A stretch of DNA of 64,000 bases from Bacteroidales bacterium (GCA_017630195.1 JAGBVS010000021.1:39262-103261); one strand, 5' to 3'. Positions 18,718 through 34,885 are shown, numbered from the stretch's first letter. A program made the numbers and translations. Notes: generated from the sequence alone by a model not told the origin.

Positions 18718-20658
18718 TTATAATTTAAATTCTAAATAAACTTCATAACTGCGTCCGGGCATCGCTCGCCAGAGTACAGTCTGATAATCGTTGTCTGTTA
18801 AATTGTTAATTCTAAATTCCAATCTAAATTTGCCCAATTGTTTTCCTAACGTTATATTATGTAACGTATAATAAGGCAGTTGATATGCAAAGAAATCACT
18901 ATCGTTCATAGAGGTATTTCTCTTGCCTGTAAATTCAAAAATGTAATTAATATTCCATGTCTTCCATTTTGCTTCTGCAAAGGCGTTAGCGTGATGCTTA
19001 GGAATGTAAATCAATTGTTTGCCATCGGAATCGTATTGTTGTGCGTATTCGCTCTCGTCGGTTGTATGGCTATAGACGTAATTTCCAGAAATAGAGAAAT
19101 TCCATAAAGCGTATCTGTAGATAGCCTTGACATGAAACTCCGCTCCTCGCGCAATCACTTCCGACACGTTCTTTGGCATCCAGTAACGATAATTCGTTGG
19201 AACCCATTGTATCCAGTCTTTCACCTTGGAATAATAAAGGCCGGTTCTAAAATCTAAATTGAAATTAATATTTTCATAAAGATAATTGATGTCAAGGTCA
19301 ACGGTCTTGCCGTTCTCGCCTTTGAGGTTTTCGTTGCCTCCCGGATTCCAATATAAATCGTTCAATGTCGGATTTCTGTAGTTATGACTGTATCCAGCAT
19401 TGAAAGTCAATCCTTTTACAAACGGCGCTCTATAAGTTAGAGTCGCTGTCGGGAAGAAACCTACGGATTTATCATCAACGATATCGTTACGAAGCGTCAG
19501 TCTTAAATCCAAATCATCATATATCTTGCCATCGACGGCTGCGTAAAAAGAAAGGATGTTTCTTTTTGGGGACGAGGTCGGGGTCGGGAGCTGGGAATAA
19601 TTCGATGATGTCACCTTTTCATTATCCAATTGTATTTTTGCATACAGTTTCCAACTTTTATATAAGTCTTGTTGTAAGTCAATGATTTGTCTAAAAACAT
19701 CTGACTTATTCAAGGAATTGATTTGCGTAACTGGATTTCCGTTAGATGTGTATGATTCCAAGAAGTAATCTTGTCTTTCGTGGAAATAAGCCGACTTCAC
19801 TTCTACCCTGCCTGTATTCCAATAATATTTGTAAGACAAGAAATTACGCGAGAAATCGTTATCGGCGTATTCTTTTGTATTATTGAACACGTTAGGCATT
19901 ATCTGCGGATAGTTTCTGTGGCTGAACTGATTCCATGAGACGAAAGTAAGAAGCGAGTTCTTGAATTGTACTTTTATTTCAGGCATGAAACCATAATCGA
20001 CGAAATCGGCGTTTTTCTGTTTCATCTCCTGATGTGGTATCGTAGCGATGTTGGTATAAGTGAAATCATTATCACTTGAGTTACGATACGCCTTGACTCT
20101 GGCGATGAAATTCTTGGCAGAATATCCGACAGTGAGATACAAGCCCCAAGTGTTGAAGCTGCCGTAAGTCTGACGCACATCTAGTATCAGTCCTTCGTTG
20201 AACTTCTGACTATTAGCGATATTGACGACTCCGCCGAGACCGCCGCTGTTGGCAGATGTCTTGCTCCCCCATTGAAGAGAGACCTCGTCGGTGAAGAAGA
20301 CAGGTATCATACTGAAATCCACTTCGCCGAGAGTTGGAGAGTTGAGCTGGAATCCGTTCCAAAGAACAAGAGTATGACTTGCTGTCGTTCCACGGAAAGA
20401 AGCCGATGCAGTACCGCCTGGACCGTTAGTCTTGATGAATACAGGAGAATGCTGGATGAGCAGCTGAGATAGAGATACCGTCTTGAGACGTTTCATTATC
20501 GCAGTGTCAATCTTACGCTCCATACTTTTCTGTTCCGCTTTTTTATATATCTGCGAAGCACTTATCTCTATTGTCTCAAGTATAATAGTATCGTTCTGCG
20601 CTGAAGCAGTAACACTCAGCACAAAGAAAATCGATAATATCATTAACAGACGAACCAT
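18718..20658 (-). CDS. TonB-dependent receptor (BtuB-like, cobalamin-regulated)
   Basis: Signal peptide, a plug region (SLSQLL, GGTASASFRGT), and a C-terminal beta-barrel ending in Y-x-F-type residues (YLEFKL). A B12 riboswitch lies in the leader. Confidence 0.88.
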   Translation of the reverse strand: MVRLLMILSIFFVLSVTASAQNDTIILETIEISASQIYKKAEQKSMERKIDTAIMKRLKTVSLSQLLIQHSPVFIKTNGPGGTASASFRGTTASHTLVLWNGFQLNSPTLGEVDFSMIPVFFTDEVSLQWGSKTSANSGGLGGVVNIANSQKFNEGLILDVRQTYGSFNTWGLYLTVGYSAKNFIARVKAYRNSSDNDFTYTNIATIPHQEMKQKNADFVDYGFMPEIKVQFKNSLLTFVSWNQFSHRNYPQIMPNVFNNTKEYADNDFSRNFLSYKYYWNTGRVEVKSAYFHERQDYFLESYTSNGNPVTQINSLNKSDVFRQIIDLQQDLYKSWKLYAKIQLDNEKVTSSNYSQLPTPTSSPKRNILSFYAAVDGKIYDDLDLRLTLRNDIVDDKSVGFFPTATLTYRAPFVKGLTFNAGYSHNYRNPTLNDLYWNPGGNENLKGENGKTVDLDINYLYENINFNLDFRTGLYYSKVKDWIQWVPTNYRYWMPKNVSEVIARGAEFHVKAIYRYALWNFSISGNYVYSHTTDESEYAQQYDSDGKQLIYIPKHHANAFAEAKWKTWNINYIFEFTGKRNTSMNDSDFFAYQLPYYTLHNITLGKQLGKFRLEFRINNLTDNDYQTVLWRAMPGRSYEVYLEFKL

Positions 20659-20859
20659 TTTTTAAGTCAAAAGTATATAAGACATTCCTAACTCCTAATT
20701 CTTAACCAACAAAGACCTTGGGTAAAAAACTCGTCAATACTTTTGCTGTTAATGACCGACTCTTATCCCGAAAGTCTTTTTTTAAGTCTATAAGACCACA
20801 AGACTACGAGACCACAAGCACTTGTTGTCTTGTTGTCTTGTTGACTTGTTGTCTTTAAT

Positions 20860-21015
20860 AAACGGCAGGTCTTCTGACTTACTCCTTACGTTCGGCGTCT
20901 TCCCATCTTTTGGAGAAAAGAAAGTGACATAATGTCGAACGCTGTTAGAGTTCACAGCAGCGGGAACTGTCCGGGATTCACACCCGATTCCCTATTGAGT
21001 CCTTTCGGACACCAT
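20860..21015 (-). promoter_or_regulatory. Cobalamin (B12) riboswitch
   Basis: The minus strand reads ggtgtccgaaaggactcaatagggaatcgggtgtgaatcccggacagttcccgctgctgtga ... agtcagaagacctgccg. The last segment is the B12 box. Confidence 0.85.
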
Positions 21016-21025
21016 TTATCGTTGG

Positions 21026-21033
21026 CAAAGATA
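21026..21033 (-). promoter_or_regulatory. -7 promoter box (TATCTTTG) driving the riboswitch-btuB-like operon
   Basis: The reverse complement of caaagata lies about 10 nt upstream of the riboswitch 5' end. Confidence 0.6.
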
Positions 21034-21191
21034 TAAAAAATTAGGAATTAGAAATGAGAAATGAGAAATTATTTTTTTAGGCTGTTTAACCTTTTTTTAA
21101 ATTAGAGATTAGATTTTTCAAGAAAAATCTGGAGGTTGAAAAGGCTATTTTACAATGATTTTATATGACCATTCTGAAACAATCGGAGCAC

Positions 21192-21737
21192 TTAAAATAC
21201 CGGACGTATCGAGTTGCCGTAGAATCGGTCTTCATTAAGGACAAAAGCATGTTCTAAGAATGTCATACTATATGCGCCATTTTCAAAATATGTCGGAGTC
21301 GAGCTCCAGCATTCGCCATATTCTCCAGCGCCATAGAGCGTTGTTTTAAAGCAAGAACCTGCAAAGGGGAAAAAGATACTGTTACCGTTAGGTCCTGTAC
21401 CCAAAATGCCTTTCACACCATTTCGGGTCATCTGTTCCCAATTACATTTATCAACCAATTCCATACATTCTTCATTTGTCGGCATTCTCCAGGGAGCTCC
21501 CCATTGGGTAGCAGCCGCATCATATAGAAGATTTCCACTCACATCTTCATTATTAAATGCGTCTCCGGATGTCAGATTATTATCCATGTCGTATGAAGAT
21601 TTCATCTCTATCTCGCCCCAAGCGAATTTGTCGCCGTATTCTTCAGGTTTGTCGGCACCTATGTTATATGTAGCCCATTTCAATCCTGAAGGAAGTCCGA
21701 GATCTACATATTCGTGACCATTTATAATATTTTTCAT
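21192..21737 (-). CDS. Hypothetical protein, DUF1566/FISUMP-like domain
   Basis: YVDLGLPSGLKWATYNIGA...FAWGE...WRMPTNEECMEL...YWSS-like pattern. There is no signal peptide, and the start overlaps the upstream stop by 4 nt. Confidence 0.45.
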   Translation of the reverse strand: MKNIINGHEYVDLGLPSGLKWATYNIGADKPEEYGDKFAWGEIEMKSSYDMDNNLTSGDAFNNEDVSGNLLYDAAATQWGAPWRMPTNEECMELVDKCNWEQMTRNGVKGILGTGPNGNSIFFPFAGSCFKTTLYGAGEYGECWSSTPTYFENGAYSMTFLEHAFVLNEDRFYGNSIRPVF

Positions 21738-22462
21738 TCCATGAACTTTTTACCTTGTTCGTATTCTTTCACCTTGCCTTTTATCTCGCCGTTTTTGTAT
21801 GTGCATTCTGTTTTAATGCTGCCGTCTTCATACAATTCATAAGCAGAACCGTTTGCGACATTTCCAGAAAACATCTTGACGGATTTAAGATAACCGCTTT
21901 CGTAATAAACTTCCTGCGGTCCTTCAAACTGTCCGTTTATGTAAGTGTACATCACGGCTTTTGGTCCTTGCATTTTATCTGCGTATGAATACCATACCGT
22001 CACGCCGTGTTTCTTTCCTTCTTTATATTCTGACTCTTCTTGAATGAAACCGTTATCATAACAGATGACATTACGTCCATCCAACTGTCCTTCTTTATAT
22101 TCCTGTTTTTTCAAGAGACGGCCGTTTCTGCCCCACTCGCACAAAGTTCCGTCAATAACATCGTTTTTATAATCTACCTTTTTTATAATATATCCATCTT
22201 TGTTAAACTCAAGGAAAAGACCATTTTTCTTTCCATCAACATATTGAATTATATAATGAGGAAGCTCTGTGTTAGGATGATTTTCAACCCATGTGCCTGT
22301 TTTCATTCCATTAAGGACTTCACCTGTAAGTTTTATATTACCTATACTTTGTTCCATCATGCCATCAGCTCTGTCTGATGTCTTGACGTTATAAATCTGC
22401 TGTGATGAAGCTGTTGTTGCTAACATCATCAATATTAATAATGTAAATAATGTCTTTTTCAT
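21734..22462 (-). CDS. MORN-repeat protein, YwqK family (named antitoxin in some annotations)
   Basis: Signal peptide plus repeated G-x-W/Y...Y..G..xG MORN-variant units. Confidence 0.65.
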   Translation of the reverse strand: MKKTLFTLLILMMLATTASSQQIYNVKTSDRADGMMEQSIGNIKLTGEVLNGMKTGTWVENHPNTELPHYIIQYVDGKKNGLFLEFNKDGYIIKKVDYKNDVIDGTLCEWGRNGRLLKKQEYKEGQLDGRNVICYDNGFIQEESEYKEGKKHGVTVWYSYADKMQGPKAVMYTYINGQFEGPQEVYYESGYLKSVKMFSGNVANGSAYELYEDGSIKTECTYKNGEIKGKVKEYEQGKKFME

Positions 22463-22494
22463 GTTATCTTAATTTTTATTGACAAAATATTTTC

Positions 22495-22526
22495 ATAAAA
22501 CAAGGGACGCGGCAAGCCACGTCCCT
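22495..22526 (-). terminator. Rho-independent terminator after the Nfn-like gene
   Basis: On the minus strand, gggacg tggcttgccg cgtccc is followed by ttgttttat. Confidence 0.5.
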
Positions 22527-22544
22527 ACTTATTGTCTTATAGAC

Positions 22545-24821
22545 TTATATACTTATAGACTTAATATATTCGTCAATGCCTTTAGCAGCTTTTTTACCTG
22601 CGCCCATAGCGAGGATTACCGTTGCTGCGCCGCTCACTGCGTCGCCACCGGCGAATACGCCTTTGCGTGTTGTCTGCATTGTGACTTCGTCGGCTATCAA
22701 GCATTTATGTCTATTAGCTTCAAGACCTGCTGTTGTGCTAAGAATCAATGGGTTTGGTGAAGTTCCGAGAGACATGATAACCATATCGACATCGAGGACA
22801 AACTCAGAACCTGCTTTTTCGACAGGGCTTCTTCTTCCTGAAGCATCTGGTTCACCGAGTTCCATTTCAACGCATGTCATGCCTTTTACCCAGCCGTTTT
22901 CGTCACCTAATATTTCTTTAGGATTTGTCAAGAGACGGAAGATAACGCCTTCTTCTTTAGCGTGATGCACTTCTTCAGCGCGTGCTGGGAGTTCTTGTTC
23001 TGAACGACGATAAACGACGTAAACTTCAGCGCCGAGTCGCAATGCTGTACGAGCAGCATCCATAGCTACGTTGCCGCCACCAACAACAGCGACTCTCTTA
23101 CCTACGAAGTTAGGTGTTTCAAAACCTTCTTTATATGCGAATAATAAATTGTTTCTTGTCAAGAATTCGTTAGCTGAAACGACGCCGCAGAGATTTTCAC
23201 CTGGGATGTTCATGAACTTAGGAAGACCTGCGCCTGAACCGATGAATACAGCTTCGAAGTTTTCTTTTTCCATCAAGTCGTCAATTGTAACGGTACGTCC
23301 GATGATGACGTCTTTTTCAAATGTAGCGCCAAGTTTTTTAAGGTTTTCTATTTCATGACGTACTACAGTTTCTTTTGGAAGACGGAATGAAGGTATGCCG
23401 TAAGACAAAACGCCGCCCAACTCATGAAGAGCTTCAAACACAGTGACGTCATAACCCATCATGAGAAGGTCTTTTGTACATGTGAGGCCAGCAGGACCGC
23501 TACCTACGACAGCTACCTTATGACCGTTCTTTGCGCTTGGTTTTTCAAATTCCACTTTGTTTTCGCGTGCCCAGTCGCCGACGAAACGTTCGAGTTTGCC
23601 GATAGCGATAGGTTCGAATTTCTTACCCATGACGCATGAGCCTTCGCATTGAGACTCTTGTGGACAAACGCGGCCACATACTGAAGGAAGAGCTGAATTG
23701 CGGTTGATGACGCGAGCTGCATCTTCAAAGTTGCCTTCTGCAACGAATTTAACGAATTGTGGGATTTCAATATTAACTGGACAAGCCTTGACACATTGAG
23801 GGTTCTTGCAGTTCAAGCAGCGTTGAGCTTCGATGATAGCCTCTTCTGCATCGTAGCCATAACATACTTCTTCAAAGTTTGTGGCTCTTACTTTAGGATC
23901 TTGCTCGCGGACTGGAACGCGTTTCTTGTTGTCACGCATTTCTTCTACGATGCCGCCTACATGACATTGGTGTCCTTCTTCTTTTTCTTCTCTCTCGAGA
24001 ATCTTATGTCCTTCTACATTATTATACATAGCCTGACGTTTCATCACGTTCTCGAAATCGACTTGTGCGCCATCGAATTCCGGACCATCGACGCAGGTGA
24101 ATTTTGTCTCGCCGCCTACAGTGACACGACAAGCGCCACACATACCTGTACCGTCAACCATGATTGAGTTCAAACTTACTGTACATTTGATGCCAAGTTT
24201 TGTTGAAAGTTGTGAAACGAACTTCATCATGATGAGCGGACCAATAGCGATGACTTCGTCATACTTCTTGCCTTCATCGACGAGACGTTGCAACATTTCT
24301 GTTACCAAGCCTTTATATTCTGATGAACCATCGTCTGTTGTGACATATAAGTTAGAAATTTGAGCGAGTTCATTTTCATAAACGAGAAGGCTTCTTGTTC
24401 TAGCGCCGACAATAACGTCAGCTTTAATGCCATGTTCGTATAACCACTTGACTTGTGGATAGATAGGTGCTATACCTACACCGCCGCCAACGAAAACAAA
24501 TCTCTTGTTCTTACGTTCTTCATCAGAGAGATGAACGAATTCTGATGGCTTTCCTAAAGGACCAACAACGTCAGCGAAACTATCGCCTACATTATATTCA
24601 GCCATTATTCTTGTTGACTTTCCGATAGCCTTGAAAACAATGATGATTGTTCCTTTTTCAACATCGTAATCGCTAATTGTCAATGGAATACGTTCTGACT
24701 TTTCAGTCATTTTAACGATTAAAAATTGTCCTGGCAAAGCTGATTTTGCCAAACGTGGAGCTTCAATCTCAAACAAATAAGTTTCTTGAGCTAACTCTTC
24801 TTTTCTAACTATAGTAAACAT
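22545..24821 (-). CDS. Fused PyrK/NfnA-like FAD-[2Fe-2S] subunit plus GltD/NfnB-like NADPH oxidoreductase
   Basis: The N-terminal half has a GMCGACRV...C cluster. The C-terminal half has CLNCKNPQCVKACPV, VAVVGSGPAGL and VAVVGGGNVAMDAART. Total length is 758 aa. Confidence 0.85.
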   Translation of the reverse strand: MFTIVRKEELAQETYLFEIEAPRLAKSALPGQFLIVKMTEKSERIPLTISDYDVEKGTIIIVFKAIGKSTRIMAEYNVGDSFADVVGPLGKPSEFVHLSDEERKNKRFVFVGGGVGIAPIYPQVKWLYEHGIKADVIVGARTRSLLVYENELAQISNLYVTTDDGSSEYKGLVTEMLQRLVDEGKKYDEVIAIGPLIMMKFVSQLSTKLGIKCTVSLNSIMVDGTGMCGACRVTVGGETKFTCVDGPEFDGAQVDFENVMKRQAMYNNVEGHKILEREEKEEGHQCHVGGIVEEMRDNKKRVPVREQDPKVRATNFEEVCYGYDAEEAIIEAQRCLNCKNPQCVKACPVNIEIPQFVKFVAEGNFEDAARVINRNSALPSVCGRVCPQESQCEGSCVMGKKFEPIAIGKLERFVGDWARENKVEFEKPSAKNGHKVAVVGSGPAGLTCTKDLLMMGYDVTVFEALHELGGVLSYGIPSFRLPKETVVRHEIENLKKLGATFEKDVIIGRTVTIDDLMEKENFEAVFIGSGAGLPKFMNIPGENLCGVVSANEFLTRNNLLFAYKEGFETPNFVGKRVAVVGGGNVAMDAARTALRLGAEVYVVYRRSEQELPARAEEVHHAKEEGVIFRLLTNPKEILGDENGWVKGMTCVEMELGEPDASGRRSPVEKAGSEFVLDVDMVIMSLGTSPNPLILSTTAGLEANRHKCLIADEVTMQTTRKGVFAGGDAVSGAATVILAMGAGKKAAKGIDEYIKSISI

Positions 24822-24867
24822 TACTAAATATTTTTAGATAAATTAATGCTAATGAATTTTAAAGTGG

Positions 24868-24875
24868 CAAAGATA
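24868..24875 (-). promoter_or_regulatory. -7 promoter box (TATCTTTG) for the Nfn-like gene
   Basis: The reverse complement of caaagata lies 47 nt upstream of the ATG, inside a module homologous to the ychF promoter region. Confidence 0.6.
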
Positions 24876-24992
24876 ATAAAAGACTAAAGACGAATGGCAA
24901 AAGACAAAAAGTTTTTTTAATATATATATATAAATAAAAAAAATAGAGCCAGATCAAATCCGACTCTATTTTTCTGTTTTGGGGAAAATGTA

Positions 24993-28934
<3,942 letters not shown>

Positions 28935-29070
28935 TTATTTTTTAATTATACATTTTTCCCATTATAAAAAAAACATTGCGAAGATACTTATTTTTCCGGT
29001 TAAAATCAAATTAATTAAGCTTTTGTTTTTAAGAGAAAAATATTATCTTTGCACATTAACTTTGAAGAAA

Positions 29071-29283
29071 ATGAAAAAGATAATAAAACTTTTTTTGGGC
29101 TCAGCTGTCATTATAATAATGACTTCATCATGCGAAAAAGCATGTATTTGCAGAAATGTTGACAACGGTTCTTCTGACATTCTATATGGCGTTTATTCTA
29201 AAAAGGATTGTGAGGCATATACCGAATATTATCAAACCGTATATGATGTTGACAACGTTGACTGTTCATACGAATGGAAATAA
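29071..29283 (+). CDS. Small Cys-rich lipoprotein (70 aa)
   Basis: The ATG at 29071 gives MKKIIKLFLGSAVIIIMTSSCEK. A TATCTTTG box lies at 29044-29051. Confidence 0.5.
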   Translation: MKKIIKLFLGSAVIIIMTSSCEKACICRNVDNGSSDILYGVYSKKDCEAYTEYYQTVYDVDNVDCSYEWK

Positions 29284-29296
29284 TTATAAAGCCTGA

Positions 29297-31420
<2,124 letters not shown>

Positions 31421-31462
31421 GTAAGATTTTACACCATTAAATATCAAGTGCGAATGTAAATA

Positions 31463-32461
31463 TCACAACATGAAATCAACAATCGCCATTGCAGTCATGG
31501 CTTCAACAATAGGCAGGACGCGAGGCGCTACACATACGTCGTGTCGTCCTTCTATGTCATAAACGATTTCATTGCCGTCAACATCTACAGTCTGCTGCGG
31601 CTGCATTATTGTCGGTATAGGCTTGAACGCCACATTGAAATATATTTTTTCGCCGTTGCTTATTCCACCTTGTATTCCGCCCGAATGATTGGTCTTAGTT
31701 CTTATCATGCCATTGTCGTTGAAAAAAGTATCGTTGCATTCTGAGCCACGCATTGAGGCGGCATTGAATCCTTCGCCGTATTCAAAGCCTTTAACGGCAT
31801 TGATACTGAACATGGCCTGCGCCAATATTGCCTGTAATTTTCTGAAATGAGGTTCACCGATTCCGGTCGGCACATTGTCGATTTCCACTCTTACAGCAGC
31901 ACCGACAGTATCTCTTTCATCTTTGACTTTTTGAAGAATGCATTGCATTTCTTCATGAGAGAAAAAGTCTTTTTTCACCTCGCCTATCTGTGTCACGAAA
32001 GAGCGTATTTCTATATTGTGAGATGAGAGTATTTGTTTGGCGAGGCATCCAGCCACTACGCATGGCAGCAACGTGCGAGCCGAGCCTCTTCCGCCTCCTC
32101 GATAATCACGCAGTCCGTATTTCTGCTGATATGTGTAATCTGCATGTGAAGGACGATAGATATTTTTGACGTTTTCATAGTCCGATGACTTGGCGTCTTC
32201 GTTTTTAACCATGAAAGCGATGGGAGTTCCTGTTGTCTTCCCGTCGAAAATTCCCGACAGAAAAATCACTTTGTCCGACTCTTTTCTCTGAGAGCTTATT
32301 GATGTGGAGGCTGTTTTTCTTTTTCTCAACTCCTCCTCTATTTTGTTAAAATCTATTAACAATCCTGCTGGACAGCCGTCGATGACGCCGCCTACAGCTT
32401 CTCCATGAGATTCTCCAAATGTCGTGAGACAGAATTTAGTTCCAAAAGTGTTTGCTCCCAT
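31463..32461 (-). CDS. aroC: Chorismate synthase
   Basis: FCLTTFGESHG and the family-typical GRHDVCVAPR segment. The start is set at the internal ATG 32461 (MGANTFG...). Confidence 0.93.
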   Translation of the reverse strand: MGANTFGTKFCLTTFGESHGEAVGGVIDGCPAGLLIDFNKIEEELRKRKTASTSISSQRKESDKVIFLSGIFDGKTTGTPIAFMVKNEDAKSSDYENVKNIYRPSHADYTYQQKYGLRDYRGGGRGSARTLLPCVVAGCLAKQILSSHNIEIRSFVTQIGEVKKDFFSHEEMQCILQKVKDERDTVGAAVRVEIDNVPTGIGEPHFRKLQAILAQAMFSINAVKGFEYGEGFNAASMRGSECNDTFFNDNGMIRTKTNHSGGIQGGISNGEKIYFNVAFKPIPTIMQPQQTVDVDGNEIVYDIEGRHDVCVAPRVLPIVEAMTAMAIVDFML

Positions 32462-32509
32462 ATCAAATAAAAAAAAGCTGCACATTTTCAGTGCAGCTTC
32501 GTAAATTTA

Positions 32510-34417
32510 TTACTGCTCGTTTAAGATTTTCAATTTAGCTTCTAAGACTTTAACATCATTTTTAGCTCTGTTGATTTTCTTTTCATATTCAGCTCTCATC
32601 AATTCTGACTGCTTGCTGCTTGAGAAGAATCCTATGTTGTTTTCCAAAACGATGATTTCTTCACGTAATTTAGTAATCTTGTTTGTCAAGATGTTGCGTT
32701 CTCTTCTTACCTTGTCGCGTGATTCAGGATCATCTTTCAATCCTTCTACCATGTTACGATATTCGGCTGTTGAGATTTCATTTTGAGTTATCTTCATCTT
32801 TTCAAACAATGCATCTATTGACTTACGATATTCGTCTTGTGTTGCTTCTTTATATTTCATTGGAACATAACCGATAGCCATCCATTCTCTTTGGAAAGCT
32901 TTGATAGCTTCCATATTTTCTGAACGATTAGATGTGATTTCGTATGCCTTAATGCGTTCGAGGAGTTCTCTCTTCAGTCTGAGGTTTTCATCTTCAACGC
33001 CTTTAATGCCGCTGAAGTGTTCCGACTTGTTTGTAAAGAATGTGTCGCATGCTGAACGGAAACGTTTCCAAATCTTGTCAGAATGACGTTTTGGAACTGG
33101 ACCTATTTTCTTCCATTCTTCTTGAAGTTTCTTGATTTGGTCTGTAGCTTTCTTCCATTCTCTGCTCTCTGCGATAGCTTCTGCTTCAACACAAAGCTGA
33201 ATCTTTCTGTTGTAGTTGTCTATTTGCTGTTCTTTAAGTTTGCTGAAGAATTCTTTCTTGTTGTTAAAGAACAAATCCATTGAACCTTTGAAACGATTCC
33301 AAATTTCATCGTTTTGTTTCTTCTGAGCTGGACCTATCGACTTCCAAACTTTAAAGAGTTCGTTAACTTCATTAGATTTCTTTTGCCATGCGCCTATGCT
33401 GCTGATATTGTCGTTCAATAATTCTTCTATTTTTTCGCATATAGCAACTTTGGCATCCAAGTTAGCTTGTTGTTCGTCTTGAATCTTTGAATAATGTTCG
33501 CGACGGATTTGGTTGATTTTATCTGTAGTGTTCTTGAAACGTTCCCAGATTTCATCTTTCTTTTCTTGTGGAACTGGGCCTATTTCTTTCCACTCGTCGT
33601 GATATTTCTGTAATAATTTGAAAGCTTTTGTAACTGATTTTTCAAGAAGGAGTTCTTCTGTCTTTTCACACAATTCGATTTTAGCTTCCAAGTTTTTCTT
33701 GAGGTCTAAATCACGCAATTCACGGTTAATCTTGACTTTATCGTAGAATTTTTCGATAAGGAAATGATAATTGTTCCATAAATTTGTGATTTCTGCAGCT
33801 GGAACCTGACCTATTTCTTTCCATCTGTCTTGAAGTACGCGAAATTCGTCGTATGTCTTCTTTAATGTTTCTTCAGAATTGATAAGTTGCTTGAGTTCTT
33901 CAAGAATAGCGTTTTTCAGTTGAAGATTAGCTAATTTTTGTTCTTCTAAAGATTCGTTGAATTTATTCTTGTTGTCTCTGAAAATATTGAAAGCTGCTCT
34001 GAATCTTATTTCGAGTGGGTCTTCAACATGTTCGTAGTTTTCTTTGTCACCGCCATCCAAAATAAATTGCTCCATTTCTTGATCTCTTTCTTCTTTACAT
34101 ATTCTCAAGAAGTTAGATTTAATAGAAACAACCTTGTCTTTTATTTTTACTACGTCCGTATCTTGTACTGTCTCTTCTAAAATTTCAATCAATTGCAATT
34201 TGTTGCAACTTGAGAAATCATATTCTGTTTCAGTTTCTTCATCATCTTCTTCACCCATTTCGAGATTCAAATCATTATCGATGTCTTCTACGACTTCAAC
34301 ATGTTTTGTCTCTTCCATAGGATTCTCATCTGTCGCTTTTACTTCTGTTTGGACAGCTTCAGGCATAATGTTAAGCTCTTCTGGCTTTACCATTTCATTA
34401 CGTTCGTTAGTATTCAT
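32510..34417 (-). CDS. DUF349 repeat protein
   Basis: An acidic N-terminus is followed by repeated about 75-aa units with W..IG...........EIW.RFK signatures (EIWERFK, EIWNRFK, KIWKRFR). Confidence 0.8.
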   Translation of the reverse strand: MNTNERNEMVKPEELNIMPEAVQTEVKATDENPMEETKHVEVVEDIDNDLNLEMGEEDDEETETEYDFSSCNKLQLIEILEETVQDTDVVKIKDKVVSIKSNFLRICKEERDQEMEQFILDGGDKENYEHVEDPLEIRFRAAFNIFRDNKNKFNESLEEQKLANLQLKNAILEELKQLINSEETLKKTYDEFRVLQDRWKEIGQVPAAEITNLWNNYHFLIEKFYDKVKINRELRDLDLKKNLEAKIELCEKTEELLLEKSVTKAFKLLQKYHDEWKEIGPVPQEKKDEIWERFKNTTDKINQIRREHYSKIQDEQQANLDAKVAICEKIEELLNDNISSIGAWQKKSNEVNELFKVWKSIGPAQKKQNDEIWNRFKGSMDLFFNNKKEFFSKLKEQQIDNYNRKIQLCVEAEAIAESREWKKATDQIKKLQEEWKKIGPVPKRHSDKIWKRFRSACDTFFTNKSEHFSGIKGVEDENLRLKRELLERIKAYEITSNRSENMEAIKAFQREWMAIGYVPMKYKEATQDEYRKSIDALFEKMKITQNEISTAEYRNMVEGLKDDPESRDKVRRERNILTNKITKLREEIIVLENNIGFFSSSKQSELMRAEYEKKINRAKNDVKVLEAKLKILNEQ

Positions 34418-34626
34418 ATTTTAATAATTTTAATTCTCCATCCCTTGCGAGATTTCGATTGGTGTTGATAACTAATGAATTGCTTGATTTTTTCTCAAAA
34501 CAATCCCTTTACTTCTATTCGTTTGCAAAGATAAAAATTATTTAATGTAAAGCGAAGAAAACTACAAAAAAAATTAGGAAATTTTCAGCCACTTCCACCA
34601 CATTCTATAAAGTATAAACTTTGTCT

Positions 34627-34710
34627 GGGCGTTCCGGCTCCGCCGTCGGGCTTTCCGCTATATCTTTGCTCGCTCCGCTCGCAAAGGATGCCGCTTCAAT
34701 CCCTAACGCA
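34627..34710. repeat. GC-rich interspersed element, copy B
   Basis: gggcgttccggctccgccgtcgggctttccgctatatcttt gctcgctccgctcgc aaaggatgccgcttcaatccctaacgca. Confidence 0.9.
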
Positions 34711-34885
34711 GGGCGAATTTTAGAACTTTAGAGCTCTAGAACTAGAACTATAAAAAATTATTAGAATCCCATAAAACTCCTGAATTCCCAAAAGCCGCAC
34801 GGCGGTGCGGCTCTACATGGGATACGACAATCCACAAAATTACACGAAACCACATGAAATGCTTTTTCCGTTAAAAAACCTATAA

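Noticed and set aside
34794-34812. Second terminator (agccgcac ggcg gtgcggct) for the methionine gamma-lyase-like gene
   Set aside because: The stem is strong, but the following T-run on the minus strand is only TTTT, including a stem base. It is mentioned in context and not listed as a feature.
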